From the IMG/VR virus record IMGVR_UViG_3300046167_000921, positions 113,494 to 177,493 of that record: DNA of 64,000 nt; one strand, given 5' to 3'. The position numbers and the translations under genes were made by a program. This document shows positions 29,821 through 38,868 of this stretch, piece after piece. The notes below the pieces were generated by a model, which had not been told where the DNA came from, did no database searches, and saw only the letters and a list, made by a program, of their open reading frames with translations. Source of the stretch: a virus. How positions within the stretch are numbered: position 1 is the first letter of the stretch; the number at the start of each line of letters is the position of its first letter.

Positions 29821-30280
29821 GATCAGAGATCTCAGATTTAATGTCGTCCAGCATCCTTGAAGCAACACGGATCTGGTCGGCTCTCTTTCGGTTCTTCCAG
29901 ACCCTCTCATAGACGGTCTTTAGCTTTTTCCCGAAAGAGTATTTCCTCTCCACCTTGTTCATCATGTCATCTATGATCTTAGAGTAGTATTTGGCTTTCG
30001 GGTCTCTTCTAAGATCTACGAGTTTTCCTGCTAACTCCTCAAGGCCTTCATCCGTCTGCTTAAACTTTCTACTCTTTAGGGTATCTGCCACATCATTCAG
30101 GGTTGCTAACACCTTAGTATAGGTCTCTACCTCCTTTCTGTTTTTCTTCAGAAAGGATTTTGCTTCTTGTTGTTCAGGGTGGTTTCTATCTCTAGCGTAA
30201 GATTGGATGGTAAGCAGGGAAACTTCTCTGCCGTTGAGCTTGAACTTTTTACCTGTATAAGCCGCTTCGAGGTGCCTCAT
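29804..30280 (-). CDS. Small basic hypothetical protein with C-terminal tag shared with 30994..32241
   Basis: C-terminus KVERKYSFGKKL...KRADQIRVASRMLDDIKSEISDLKKGL. Its 3' end overlaps the purA 3' end by 17 nt. Confidence 0.7.
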   Translation of the reverse strand: MRHLEAAYTGKKFKLNGREVSLLTIQSYARDRNHPEQQEAKSFLKKNRKEVETYTKVLATLNDVADTLKSRKFKQTDEGLEELAGKLVDLRRDPKAKYYSKIIDDMMNKVERKYSFGKKLKTVYERVWKNRKRADQIRVASRMLDDIKSEISDLKKGL

Positions 30281-30326
30281 TTATCTTCTCTACCTTCTAT
30301 CCTTCTTTGTATAACCTCTACCGTAT

Positions 30327-30340
30327 ATAAAAGAAATATC
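30327..30340 (-). promoter_or_regulatory. Putative late-promoter motif variant
   Basis: Minus strand GATATTTCTTTTAT about 45 nt upstream of ATG 30280. Confidence 0.3.
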
Positions 30341-30350
30341 AATTGAGGAG

Positions 30351-30509
30351 CGTGGCGACCTTAAGGACACCCTTCAGGACATACTTGGAGGCGTCAGATC
30401 AACCTGTACTTATATCGGAGCACAGGAGCTGAGAGAGTTAAGCAAATGCACGACTTTTATCCGTGTCTCTCAGCAGTACAACCCCGTATATGAGTCTAAG
30501 ACTATCTAG
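30351..30509 (+). pseudogene. guaC: 3'-terminal remnant of GMP reductase
   Basis: Manual translation [52 protein letters not shown] matches the GuaC C-terminal pattern RG..E.T..DILGGLRS.CTYVGA..LKEL.K.TTFIRV. No start codon or upstream catalytic domain. Confidence 0.85.
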
Positions 30510-30991
30510 CGTCTGTCTAGTAGCCTTTGTTTAGCAATTTCCTTAGCATAGTATTCGTCAGGACTAGCGGCCGAACTTGCCATGTCTCCTACAAAAGCGG
30601 ATAATAGCAATCCAGCGGCAAGCCCTCCGATGCTAAAGATCTTCATGGTAATAGCACCAAGCACCAATATCACGAGCATCATTCCGCCGTGCCCTAGTAC
30701 ATTTTTGAAGTAGATGTTGAAGTAGCCCCACATCTTTTTTAGGTTGCCTCTCTTAGGGGCTTTTTCTAGAACCTTTTTAAATTCAGGGTCTTTCTCCAGC
30801 TTCCTCATCGCTTTCTTGATGTCTTTCTCCGAAGCTCCGTAAATGAACTCTGGTCGACGAAAAGCACCTGTGAGCTTATTCAGGATGATAAAAGCCTCCC
30901 TTTTAAACCTTCTAAGGATAGCTTGCTTCTCAAGTTTGGCGATACGGTTCTCAAGCTGGGCGATTTTCTGTGATGCGGTTAGTTGTCTCAT
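30506..30991 (-). CDS. Basic protein with C-terminal transmembrane helices
   Basis: N-terminus [24 protein letters not shown]. Hydrophobic [13 protein letters not shown] and [23 protein letters not shown]. Confidence 0.75.
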   Translation of the reverse strand: MRQLTASQKIAQLENRIAKLEKQAILRRFKREAFIILNKLTGAFRRPEFIYGASEKDIKKAMRKLEKDPEFKKVLEKAPKRGNLKKMWGYFNIYFKNVLGHGGMMLVILVLGAITMKIFSIGGLAAGLLLSAFVGDMASSAASPDEYYAKEIAKQRLLDRR

Positions 30992-30993
30992 GA

Positions 30994-32241
30994 TTATAGC
31001 TCCTTCTTGAGATCAGAGATCTCTTTGTTGAGCTGGTTAAGCATTTGCGATGCTGTTCTGATCTGAGAAGCCCTTTTACCTCTGCTGAAGAGCTTCTTCA
31101 GATAATTAAGACCCTTGCCTACAACAGAGTACTTCTCCTCGATCTTAGCTTGGAGGTCTTCGAGGATGTTTTCATACTCTCTAACGTAATCAGGTTGAGC
31201 CTGTAGGGAACCCACTTCCTGAGCAAGAGCTTCCAGCTCCTTGTCTTTCTTAGCTCTGGAGACACGTTTGGTGATGTCTTGGATCGCTACTCTTCGGAGT
31301 CTCTCTTCTTCTTCTTTTCGGAGTCTCTCTTCTTCTTTTCGGGCTTTCTCTTCTTCTCTGCGGAGTCTCTCCTCTACTGTCTCACCCTTGTGAGGGAACT
31401 TGTCAGATATGGACAGAGGTATCCCTTCTGCATTCTTGAGATCCGCATTTCTGAGATCCGCATCTATAAGTTTCGCATTTCTGAGATCCGCACCAGTGAG
31501 ATCCGCATCTATAAGTTCCGCACCAGTGAGATCCGCATCTATAAGTTCCGCACCTATAAGTTCCGCACCTATAAGATTCGCACCAGTGAGATCCGCACCT
31601 ATAAGATTCGCACCCTGTAGCTTTGCGTCTTTGAGATTTGCACGTTCAAGATTCGCATCTTTGAGATCCGCATCTTGTAATCTCGCCTCTTCGAGATCTG
31701 CATTCCTGAGCTTCCCATTGAAAAGCTTCGCACCAATTAGCTTCGCACCAATAAGTTTCGCGTCACTGAGATCCGCTTTTGTGAGATTTGCACCCGTGAG
31801 ATCCGCATCTGTAAGATTAGCCCCTGTCAGATTAGTGTTGGTGAGCTTCGTATTTTTGAACTTAGCTCTTTCTATCCACGCACCTCTGAGATCCGCACCC
31901 GTGAGATCCGCACCCGTGAGATTAGCTTCCAAAAGCCACGCACTTCTGAGATCCGCATCCTTGAGATTAGCTCTTTCTATCCACGCACGTATAAGCTGAG
32001 CAGACCTTAGGTCTGACTCTTCCATGTTCGCACCTTTGAGATTCGCATCAGTGAAATCCGCTTTTATACAATTCGATTTAAAGAGACTTGCACCCGTCAG
32101 ATCCGCACCTTCAAAGTTTGCACCTTCAAAGTTTGCCAAATTCATCTGCGAATTTGATAGATCCGCCTCCGAGAGGTCCGCATCTCGCATATCATCTCTG
32201 AGAGAATAACGTACTGCTTCTACATCTTTTGGATTAGCCAT
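30994..32241 (-). CDS. Pentapeptide-repeat protein with charged coiled coil and shared C-terminal tag
   Basis: About 50 A(D/N/K/E)Lxx pentapeptides, then an EEERLR coiled coil and KRASQIRTASQMLNQLNKEISDLKKEL. Confidence 0.9.
   Translation of the reverse strand: MANPKDVEAVRYSLRDDMRDADLSEADLSNSQMNLANFEGANFEGADLTGASLFKSNCIKADFTDANLKGANMEESDLRSAQLIRAWIERANLKDADLRSAWLLEANLTGADLTGADLRGAWIERAKFKNTKLTNTNLTGANLTDADLTGANLTKADLSDAKLIGAKLIGAKLFNGKLRNADLEEARLQDADLKDANLERANLKDAKLQGANLIGADLTGANLIGAELIGAELIDADLTGAELIDADLTGADLRNAKLIDADLRNADLKNAEGIPLSISDKFPHKGETVEERLRREEEKARKEEERLRKEEEERLRRVAIQDITKRVSRAKKDKELEALAQEVGSLQAQPDYVREYENILEDLQAKIEEKYSVVGKGLNYLKKLFSRGKRASQIRTASQMLNQLNKEISDLKKEL
31440..31620. repeat. 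15-nt-period tandem repeats encoding pentapeptides
   Basis: Units such as gagatccgcaccagt, gagatccgcatctat and aagttccgcacctat recur nearly identically. Confidence 0.85.
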
Positions 32242-32318
32242 GATTATAGCTCCTTATGTTTGCCTTGGTTCTGTATATTGATGTTATAGAAAACCTATGA
32301 GAAAAAGGCTAAAAGACT

Positions 32319-33032
32319 GTGCATGACATCATCCTATCTCCTCCCTTCAGTAACCTCAAACTCCTAAGCCTCTACCCAAACACAACAAGAATACTAGGTA
32401 CATACACCCTCAAGAAGAGAAGAGGCCTCTGGAGAGTTCTCACCACCCTTAAAAAGACTGAGAGAGGGTGGGTCAATAATGTCGGCTTGAGAAACGGAGG
32501 TATAGACTCCATACCTAACAAGCCCCACATCATATCTATCGCAGAACTAGAGGATGGAGATTGGGAAACTATGCTCCTCGCACTCTCGGAGAAGTACAAG
32601 ATACAAGGTGTGGAGCTTAATATTTCTTGCCCAAACGCCAACGTGAAGCACATCGACCATGAAGTCCTCACTCTAGCAAACACTCTCTTCAAACAAGTGA
32701 TTGTTAAAGTCCCACACAGTACGTATCTCCCTCGGGTTTTTAGCCTAGTAGAGCAAGGTGCAACCACGATTCACATCTCGAATACAAAGCGAACACCCGA
32801 AGGGGCACTGTCTGGGTTAGACTTACAGAAAAACAACCTAGACGCTATTTCAGAGTTGAAGAAGTGGTATCCGTCTGTCAAAGTCATCGGTGGCGGAGGT
32901 ATTTACTCTTTAGGGGATCTTGAGAGGTATAGGTCTGCTGGGGCAGATCACTTCTCTTTGAGTACAATCCTCTTAAATCCCATAAAGACAAATCGTATAG
33001 TGAGAGGTTACAATGCGTTACAAAGTTTTTAG
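32319..33032 (+). CDS. pyrD: Dihydroorotate dehydrogenase (short, family 1-like)
   Basis: NNVGLRNGG, ELNISCPN, IVKVP, ISNT, GALSG, IGGGGI FMN-barrel motifs. Confidence 0.85.
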   Translation: MHDIILSPPFSNLKLLSLYPNTTRILGTYTLKKRRGLWRVLTTLKKTERGWVNNVGLRNGGIDSIPNKPHIISIAELEDGDWETMLLALSEKYKIQGVELNISCPNANVKHIDHEVLTLANTLFKQVIVKVPHSTYLPRVFSLVEQGATTIHISNTKRTPEGALSGLDLQKNNLDAISELKKWYPSVKVIGGGGIYSLGDLERYRSAGADHFSLSTILLNPIKTNRIVRGYNALQSF

Positions 33033-33396
33033 TCTTCTAATGGTCGGTCTTTTTGCCCTCTTCTCGGTGGGTTCTAGGACAAACGTAAAGACGAAGTATG
33101 TTTACCCCCCACCTGAATCCAAAGGTTGTGTCTATCCAATCAAAGAAGTCAAAGAAGTAAAGACCGAGATGATGCACATCTTACCTTACACGCTCATCCA
33201 TAAGTGTTATTACGAAGGGGGTGGGAGACTAACTAAAGTCAGTACATATAACCTTGAGGTCGGGTATCAACTAAAAAAGCCTACCCATGAAGTCCTGTTT
33301 CATTGGGCAGGCGATATTTTACAGAGCTTCTCTAGACGAGAGGCAGTTCACGGAAACGGTGAGGTTGATGTGAGCGTAGTTTATCTCAAGAGGTGA
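33013..33396 (+). CDS. Hypothetical secreted/membrane-anchored protein
   Basis: N-terminal signal-like MRYKVFSLLMVGLFALFSVG. Confidence 0.55.
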   Translation: MRYKVFSLLMVGLFALFSVGSRTNVKTKYVYPPPESKGCVYPIKEVKEVKTEMMHILPYTLIHKCYYEGGGRLTKVSTYNLEVGYQLKKPTHEVLFHWAGDILQSFSRREAVHGNGEVDVSVVYLKR

Positions 33397-34532
33397 TTTA
33401 TATGAAATTTAAAGTATCTGTAGGACTTGATTTCACATGTGGCGACCCGATAGAAAAGTACCTGTCTATCGTGGATAAAGTCCCCGCCGAGTATTTTAAA
33501 CTCAACCCTGCTTTCATCAAACCGAGCGTCTTACTAGAGCTTTCTAGAGAGTTAAATAGGAGAGGTCTAAAATGGATCTATGACGGAAAGCTAGGGGATG
33601 TCCCACACACAAATGTACAGTATGCGAGATACGTCTTTGAAGATCTCGGTGCCTCTGCGGTCACTCTAAACCCGTATGTGGGACTAGAAGCACTCTCACC
33701 TTTCTTTGAGTATTTGGGTAAGACCTCTTTCATACTATGTAAGACCACGAATGGGGGGGGTAAGAGAGCTCAGGATGTCATGTGCGAAGAAATCTTAGAC
33801 TACGCGGAGAGCAAGCAGAATGTCGGAGTAGTGTATTCTTCTAAAGACAGGGTAGGCCTTGAGCTTGTCGCACAGAGGGGTTTTCCTATCCTCTCTCCTG
33901 GTATAGGCCGTCAAGGAGGTGAGATCACAGTCGATAGAGAGAACGTCACTTACTCTGTGAGTCGGTCTTTGATTTACTCTGAAGACCCTTGTTCGACCTA
34001 TTTCCAGATATTGGGTGTGGGTGGCTATTTCCTTGCAGAGTTTAAGAAAAGAGGCTTAGTGAAAAGTGGGTCTTTTGTTCTATCTAGTGGCGAGGAGAGC
34101 TCTTATTACGTAGACATCAAGGGGCTGTCCTCAGATATAAATCTTTTCCGTAAAGTCTGCTCACACTTAGGGGCAAAAATAAATACCTCCGCCCTACTTG
34201 GTGTAGAAAGCGGAGGTATTTCACTTGCCTCCGCAATAGCACTTATGGGGGGCAAGCCTTTTGGCTATGTGAGAAAGACCACAAGGGATTATGGCCTCAA
34301 GTCGGTTGTTGAAGGTGTTCCCTCTACCCTCGGCGAGTTCACACTTGTAGAGGATGTTTTGACAACAGGGCAGAGTGCATATCGTGCTGTTGTCGCGGCT
34401 TCTGGTGCGGGTTATAAAATCGCTCAGGTTGCTGTTGTTGTTGAGAGGGGCAAACTCGGCAGGGAACTTCTCGAAGGGTTGGGTGTCGAGGTCGTATCCT
34501 TAGTGGTGTGTGACGACGCCACTCTAACCTAG
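33393..34532 (+). CDS. pyrF-pyrE: Fused OMP decarboxylase + orotate phosphoribosyltransferase
   Basis: N-terminal DGKLGDVPHT (DxKxxD), VTLNPY, LSPGIGRQGG, VSRS. C-terminal FVLSSGEESSYYVDIK, GYVRK, LVEDVLTTG. Confidence 0.92.
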   Translation: MIYMKFKVSVGLDFTCGDPIEKYLSIVDKVPAEYFKLNPAFIKPSVLLELSRELNRRGLKWIYDGKLGDVPHTNVQYARYVFEDLGASAVTLNPYVGLEALSPFFEYLGKTSFILCKTTNGGGKRAQDVMCEEILDYAESKQNVGVVYSSKDRVGLELVAQRGFPILSPGIGRQGGEITVDRENVTYSVSRSLIYSEDPCSTYFQILGVGGYFLAEFKKRGLVKSGSFVLSSGEESSYYVDIKGLSSDINLFRKVCSHLGAKINTSALLGVESGGISLASAIALMGGKPFGYVRKTTRDYGLKSVVEGVPSTLGEFTLVEDVLTTGQSAYRAVVAASGAGYKIAQVAVVVERGKLGRELLEGLGVEVVSLVVCDDATLT

Positions 34533-34657
34533 AGAATCGAGGCTTTAGAGATCTTGTGTACTTTGCCTAAGATTGTAGCTGAAAGTAGTAGGTGAAAGAG
34601 GGCGGTCGCGGTATATAGGAGAGACCACAACATCTGGTATAGTGATGTTGTCCACAT
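34529..34657 (-). CDS. Putative 42-aa hydrophobic peptide
   Basis: Below the track cutoff. MWTTSLYQMLWSLLYTATALFHLLLSATILGKVHKISKASIL*, GGGAGG SD. Stop overlaps the pyrF-pyrE stop. Confidence 0.45.
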   Translation of the reverse strand: MWTTSLYQMLWSLLYTATALFHLLLSATILGKVHKISKASIL

Positions 34658-34723
34658 ATTATAAACACCTCCCTGTTCTCCTATGGTTGACAGTTAGGTT
34701 CTTAAAGAAGGTTTGAGGTTAAA

Positions 34724-35227
34724 ATGGCCGATATATTGGTTTTGATTCGGGGTCTTTCGGGTTCAGGGAAGACATCACTTATGGAGCTTATTGTAGGTAG
34801 CTCTGACTACTGCCCAGAAGACCGAGCATCTGTGTCGGTAGACGACTTTTTCGTGGATAGTGAGGGAGGGTATCAATTCGACCCCTCACGGCTCAAGGAG
34901 GCTCATGAGTGGTGTCTTGATACTGCAACTGACCTTGTGAGGGACGAGGATCTTGAGGTTGTCGTTGTACACAACGTGTTTTCAAGGAAATGGGAGGTAG
35001 ACCCTTACATGGAGATGGGTCGAAAGCATGGTTGTACTATTCATGTAGTCAACTTGTATGACAGAGGTTTGAATGATGCTCAGCTCTCAAAACACAGTAT
35101 GCATGATGTCCACCCTGGCATAGTCCAGACACAAAGAAAGAGGTGGGATAAAGATGTTTACAGGGACAAGTCAAGATTTTATGACAGTCCCCGAACCTCT
35201 CTCCCACCTCGAAAGTTTAGATATTGA
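34724..35227 (+). CDS. P-loop kinase (AAA_33 / polynucleotide-kinase / N4BP2-like)
   Basis: LIRGLSGSGKTS, SVDDFF, LKEAHEWC, HNVFSRKWEVDPY, HDVHP. Confidence 0.8.
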   Translation: MADILVLIRGLSGSGKTSLMELIVGSSDYCPEDRASVSVDDFFVDSEGGYQFDPSRLKEAHEWCLDTATDLVRDEDLEVVVVHNVFSRKWEVDPYMEMGRKHGCTIHVVNLYDRGLNDAQLSKHSMHDVHPGIVQTQRKRWDKDVYRDKSRFYDSPRTSLPPRKFRY

Positions 35228-35670
35228 TTAGAGTTGGTCACGTCATATTGGTTCTCCATAAGGGAGAAGTAACAGATCATCTTGTAATCAATGTCGTTGG
35301 AGATGAGTACGGTGCTCTTGACTTTTTCAATGGGTCGTTCGCCTTCTTTAATCAGAGGAAGGTAGTCGGCCATTTTGAGCTGGGGGTAACATCTCCTGAA
35401 ACAACTGATGAGCAAGACGATATTACGCTTGCTCATCAGAGGGTAGAACCTATCTCAGCCCCTCAAGAGAGTTTCAAGAGGGGCTTTCTAGTTTCTTTTT
35501 CAATGTTAGAGCAGGGTGCTGCTCTTGAGGTTAAAGGCTACTTCATGGATTACATTGATTACCCTGAAGGTTATTGCCTAATCAGCGAGCTGGGTTGTAC
35601 CGCTTGCCGATTGTGGAGAGTGCCTTCTTCAAAGGTCACTCTCTTGAAGGTTCTCAGTCTTCGTTATTGA
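35224..35670 (+). CDS. Hypothetical protein
   Basis: 148-aa ORF overlapping the upstream stop. Confidence 0.6.
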   Translation: MIRVGHVILVLHKGEVTDHLVINVVGDEYGALDFFNGSFAFFNQRKVVGHFELGVTSPETTDEQDDITLAHQRVEPISAPQESFKRGFLVSFSMLEQGAALEVKGYFMDYIDYPEGYCLISELGCTACRLWRVPSSKVTLLKVLSLRY

Positions 35671-35775
35671 ACCAAGGATCTGACTTCTCGATTTCTCGAC
35701 GGTTTTGCTCCGTTTGTGTTGGTCCGAGGGCGATGTATGCCCACGCTGCGGCAAAGCTCGCAATAGTAAAAGCGA

Positions 35776-36207
35776 CTAGCATTGGTTTTCTTCCTTATAT
35801 TTTTTTATCGCTCTAAAGCAATTTGACTTGTTGGCATATCCGACCATTCGAGCGATCTTTGCAAAACTGTAGTTGTGCTTGACTCTAAGTTCATAGGCGA
35901 TACGGGGTCTCTCGGTCTCGGTTGGCATCTCCACTCTGTTTTCTACACAGAACTTTTTGATCCTTACCAAAACCGCCCTCTCACCTATGTTGTAAAGTCT
36001 CGCAATGTCTCTTGTTGACATTCCGTTGTAGTACAGGTCATAAGTTTTTGAATGGTCTACTTGCTTTCTTGGGTAGGGTAAATTATTTCGAAGTGCGTGT
36101 CTTCGGACTAGCTTTCTGGAGTAGGGGGCATCAAAGCCAAGATAATTCCCTATATCCTTGTGTGGGAATCCTTGCATATACATTTCATAGGCTTCGTGCG
36201 ACTTCAT
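35776..36207 (-). CDS. Protein with three helix-turn-helix-like repeats
   Basis: AYEMYMQGFPHKDIGNYLG, TYDLYYNGMSTRDIARLYNI, AYELRVKHNYSFAKIARMVG. Confidence 0.7.
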   Translation of the reverse strand: MKSHEAYEMYMQGFPHKDIGNYLGFDAPYSRKLVRRHALRNNLPYPRKQVDHSKTYDLYYNGMSTRDIARLYNIGERAVLVRIKKFCVENRVEMPTETERPRIAYELRVKHNYSFAKIARMVGYANKSNCFRAIKKYKEENQC

Positions 36208-36518
36208 TTCCTATTATCAATGATCTCTACGGTAGAGAGTTTTTTGTCGAGATTCTTCTGCATTTTCTTTATGATATCACACTCTTCAGAGGAGAGCTGT
36301 CCTTTAGAAACGTAAGGGTCAGAATAGGATATAACACAAGCTCCTTGAATTAAAGCCGCCTCTACGCCCCTAGTCAGAACTTCGATCCAAATCAAAGCAG
36401 ATGTGAAAGGGTCGCAGTTCTCTTCTATAGAGAAGTGTATGTGAGGGAGTCCCTCATCTATCTTTAACTTGAGAGCTCTGCTGACTTTGTCCTCAATATA
36501 GATGTGTTTCTTATTCAA
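36204..36518 (-). CDS. Hypothetical protein
   Basis: 104 aa, coupled to both neighbours. Confidence 0.6.
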   Translation of the reverse strand: MNKKHIYIEDKVSRALKLKIDEGLPHIHFSIEENCDPFTSALIWIEVLTRGVEAALIQGACVISYSDPYVSKGQLSSEECDIIKKMQKNLDKKLSTVEIIDNRK

Positions 36519-37462
36519 TTGAATAAGCTATCCCACCAGCAGGCACAGTCCCACTTCTTCTTTGTAATGTGATGATGTCCGATAACACCCGTGAAGTTGT
36601 TGGTCAAGTAACTCTTATCAACAACCCCATGATAGAAATCCCCAGACGTATCTTGCCCTCTCTCCCCTCTGGGGAATTCATAAGGGATGTCGAGAACCTC
36701 ACAGAGAGATTTTACAGCCTCCCTTGTGGCCTTAGCGACGCGGGGGTCAAGAGAGAGAACCTTGGGGTCTCCTCGCCCTGTGGTGTTAGCCATCTCAGAG
36801 ATGCTGTACCCTCTTTTAGTGTAGTGGTCTTTCCACTTCAAGCTAGGTTGTTGACAAATGTCAATGCCCACAGAGTAAGAGTTCGCCCACCCTGCATGCC
36901 AAGACTTATGACTCAAGTCTAGGTATTGGTAGATGGTAGGGTTACCCTCAGGGTTCAAGCCAATCCCTGCGTGACTCGACACTTTACGGTCAGGGCTGGA
37001 GAAAACCCTGTGACAATGGTGTGGGTCAAGACCACCCCAATGCACCACAATTAAGTGAGGTTTTCTCCCGCCCCTGCTAGAGAAATGTCCGAACCTGTGG
37101 AGGTCAAGACCACCCGCTTGGTCAAAGTTTACAGTCTCAACACCCTCTTCAAGAGTGATGTTGACCCGCCTATCATTCGAAGTCCAAAAAGGTAGGCTCT
37201 CGTCAACAAAGTCGAACTCTTTTAACAAAGCCGACCATGTTCCTCTCCCAAGTTTACCGTCAACATGAGGGCCTGCCCCGAAGCATGATTCTTGAAATGC
37301 CTCAACCGCTAGGGCGAATTCACGGGAATCAACTTTTTCCGAGAGTCCTAAGTAAGACTCGATGGCGAGAGGTGGGATACACCCTCCCCACCCAATAGAG
37401 ACACTTGCTTTTAAGTTGTAAGACCGAGCTGACGATCTTGTTTGTATAATGACTGAAGACAT
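36515..37462 (-). CDS. N-acetylmuramoyl-L-alanine amidase (Amidase_2) with peptidoglycan-binding segment; probable endolysin
   Basis: FQES...VDGKLGRGTWSAL (PG-binding-like), IVVHWGG, SSHAGI, WHAG, SVGIDI, IGHHHI. Confidence 0.85.
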   Translation of the reverse strand: MSSVIIQTRSSARSYNLKASVSIGWGGCIPPLAIESYLGLSEKVDSREFALAVEAFQESCFGAGPHVDGKLGRGTWSALLKEFDFVDESLPFWTSNDRRVNITLEEGVETVNFDQAGGLDLHRFGHFSSRGGRKPHLIVVHWGGLDPHHCHRVFSSPDRKVSSHAGIGLNPEGNPTIYQYLDLSHKSWHAGWANSYSVGIDICQQPSLKWKDHYTKRGYSISEMANTTGRGDPKVLSLDPRVAKATREAVKSLCEVLDIPYEFPRGERGQDTSGDFYHGVVDKSYLTNNFTGVIGHHHITKKKWDCACWWDSLFN

Positions 37463-37488
37463 AGCCTATATCCTTTCAGAGAGTTAAG

Positions 37489-38868
37489 ATGTCGTTACCT
37501 TTATTTATACCCTCGGTCGAAGAAGTTCTGTCCCTTTTGATGAAAAGCCATGCCTCCTATGGGGGTACTGTGCTCATTTCAAGATCAGGTACGGTTTGGA
37601 ATAACCCCTCTACAAAATCAATCCTTAATGCTTGGCACCCAAAAGACAGTGCTGGGAGACTACTGCAGACTTCTTTCTTAGATATTTGCGGAAATGGTGA
37701 CGGTTGCAAGCTGGGGGTGTTCATAGCTTGCAGTTTGATTCGAGACTTTGTCAGGTTAGGGGAATCTGCTCACCCTGACCATACTGAGAAGGTGAAGAGG
37801 GCTTTGCCTTCAGTGCTTGACCGCATCCCCTCAGTACACGCCTCTGAAAATATTCTTCTAGATATCGGTGTGGGGGGAGGCTTGGATCTAGGTTCTGTGA
37901 GATCAGTCGCTGAAGCTCTAACTCTCTCTGGGGCTTCCTCTTCTCATATTTCATTAGAAAGAGGGAAGGGGGTAGGGATCGAAGTAGAAGAGTCGGACTC
38001 ATGGGTTTCAAACACTAGAGTCCATCACGAATCCGAGGTCTATTTAAGTGGGGCTATGTTTGCCCTATTTTCCCGCCCCGTGTTTAAAGTTGAGCAAATT
38101 CTCAAGGCGTTAGAGAATATGGGCTCTTTCGAAGGAAGACCTTTAGTGGTAGTTGCACCCATTATTGGGTCAAAAGCTTTGTCTACGATCAATCTGAACC
38201 GTTCTAAGGGTGTCTTAGATGTCTACGCCTGTGAAGTTCCGCGTGTGACATGGGGTCGAGGCTGGTTAGACGATCTCGCATCCTTCACAGGAGCTACCGT
38301 ATTTGATGAGGGTGTCTATCCTGAATACCTTACAGAGTTCTTCGGTTCAGCCCTTGATGTTGTTTTGAACAGGCGTGAGATGGTGATCACCCCCTATGAC
38401 GACCATACAGAGAGTGCGTCTTTGAGGGCAGACGCTTTGTTGAGGGAAGCTCAGACAATACCTTTTGCACACACACAGGACTTGTGGAAGAAGAGAGCAA
38501 ATGCGTTGACGGGTACCCTAGTTAAGATAAAAGTTGGCGGTGTAACTGAAGCGGAAGCACGCTGGAAAAGAGCATTAGTCGAGAAGTCTCTGACCTCTAT
38601 GGGTGATGCCTCCATAAATGGTTGTGTCAAAGGAGTTATACCTATGCTACACCAGCTACCTGTTGAGAACCCACTTCTCAAAAAAGCCCTTTCTTTCCCT
38701 TACGCAGTGGTTTGTGAAAACTATAATACCTCAATAGCAGATAAGAGTATGCTGACAAAACCTCACGCATACGACCACTTCCCTACGGGGAGGTTGAAAG
38801 AACTATTAACAAAAGCAGTTTCTGTGGCAACTACCGTAGGCTCTGTTTGTCACATCACAAGGCGGTGA
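37489..38868 (+). CDS. groL: Highly divergent GroEL-like chaperonin
   Basis: GGTVLI, GDG in the equatorial position, RPLVVVA, LDDLASFTGATVF, KIKVGGVTEAEARWKRALVEKSL parallel GroEL. The GDGTTT motif is degenerate. Confidence 0.65.
   Translation: MSLPLFIPSVEEVLSLLMKSHASYGGTVLISRSGTVWNNPSTKSILNAWHPKDSAGRLLQTSFLDICGNGDGCKLGVFIACSLIRDFVRLGESAHPDHTEKVKRALPSVLDRIPSVHASENILLDIGVGGGLDLGSVRSVAEALTLSGASSSHISLERGKGVGIEVEESDSWVSNTRVHHESEVYLSGAMFALFSRPVFKVEQILKALENMGSFEGRPLVVVAPIIGSKALSTINLNRSKGVLDVYACEVPRVTWGRGWLDDLASFTGATVFDEGVYPEYLTEFFGSALDVVLNRREMVITPYDDHTESASLRADALLREAQTIPFAHTQDLWKKRANALTGTLVKIKVGGVTEAEARWKRALVEKSLTSMGDASINGCVKGVIPMLHQLPVENPLLKKALSFPYAVVCENYNTSIADKSMLTKPHAYDHFPTGRLKELLTKAVSVATTVGSVCHITRR

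Noticed and set aside
30994-31008. C-terminal KKEL resembling an ER-retention signal
   Set aside because: Bacteriophage context. The paralogue ends KKGL, and this DNA doubles as the SD of the next gene.
31279-32209. Plus-strand repetitive ORFs opposite the pentapeptide gene (also 42615..43568)
   Set aside because: Antisense or frame-shifted reflections of the 15-nt periodic repeats.
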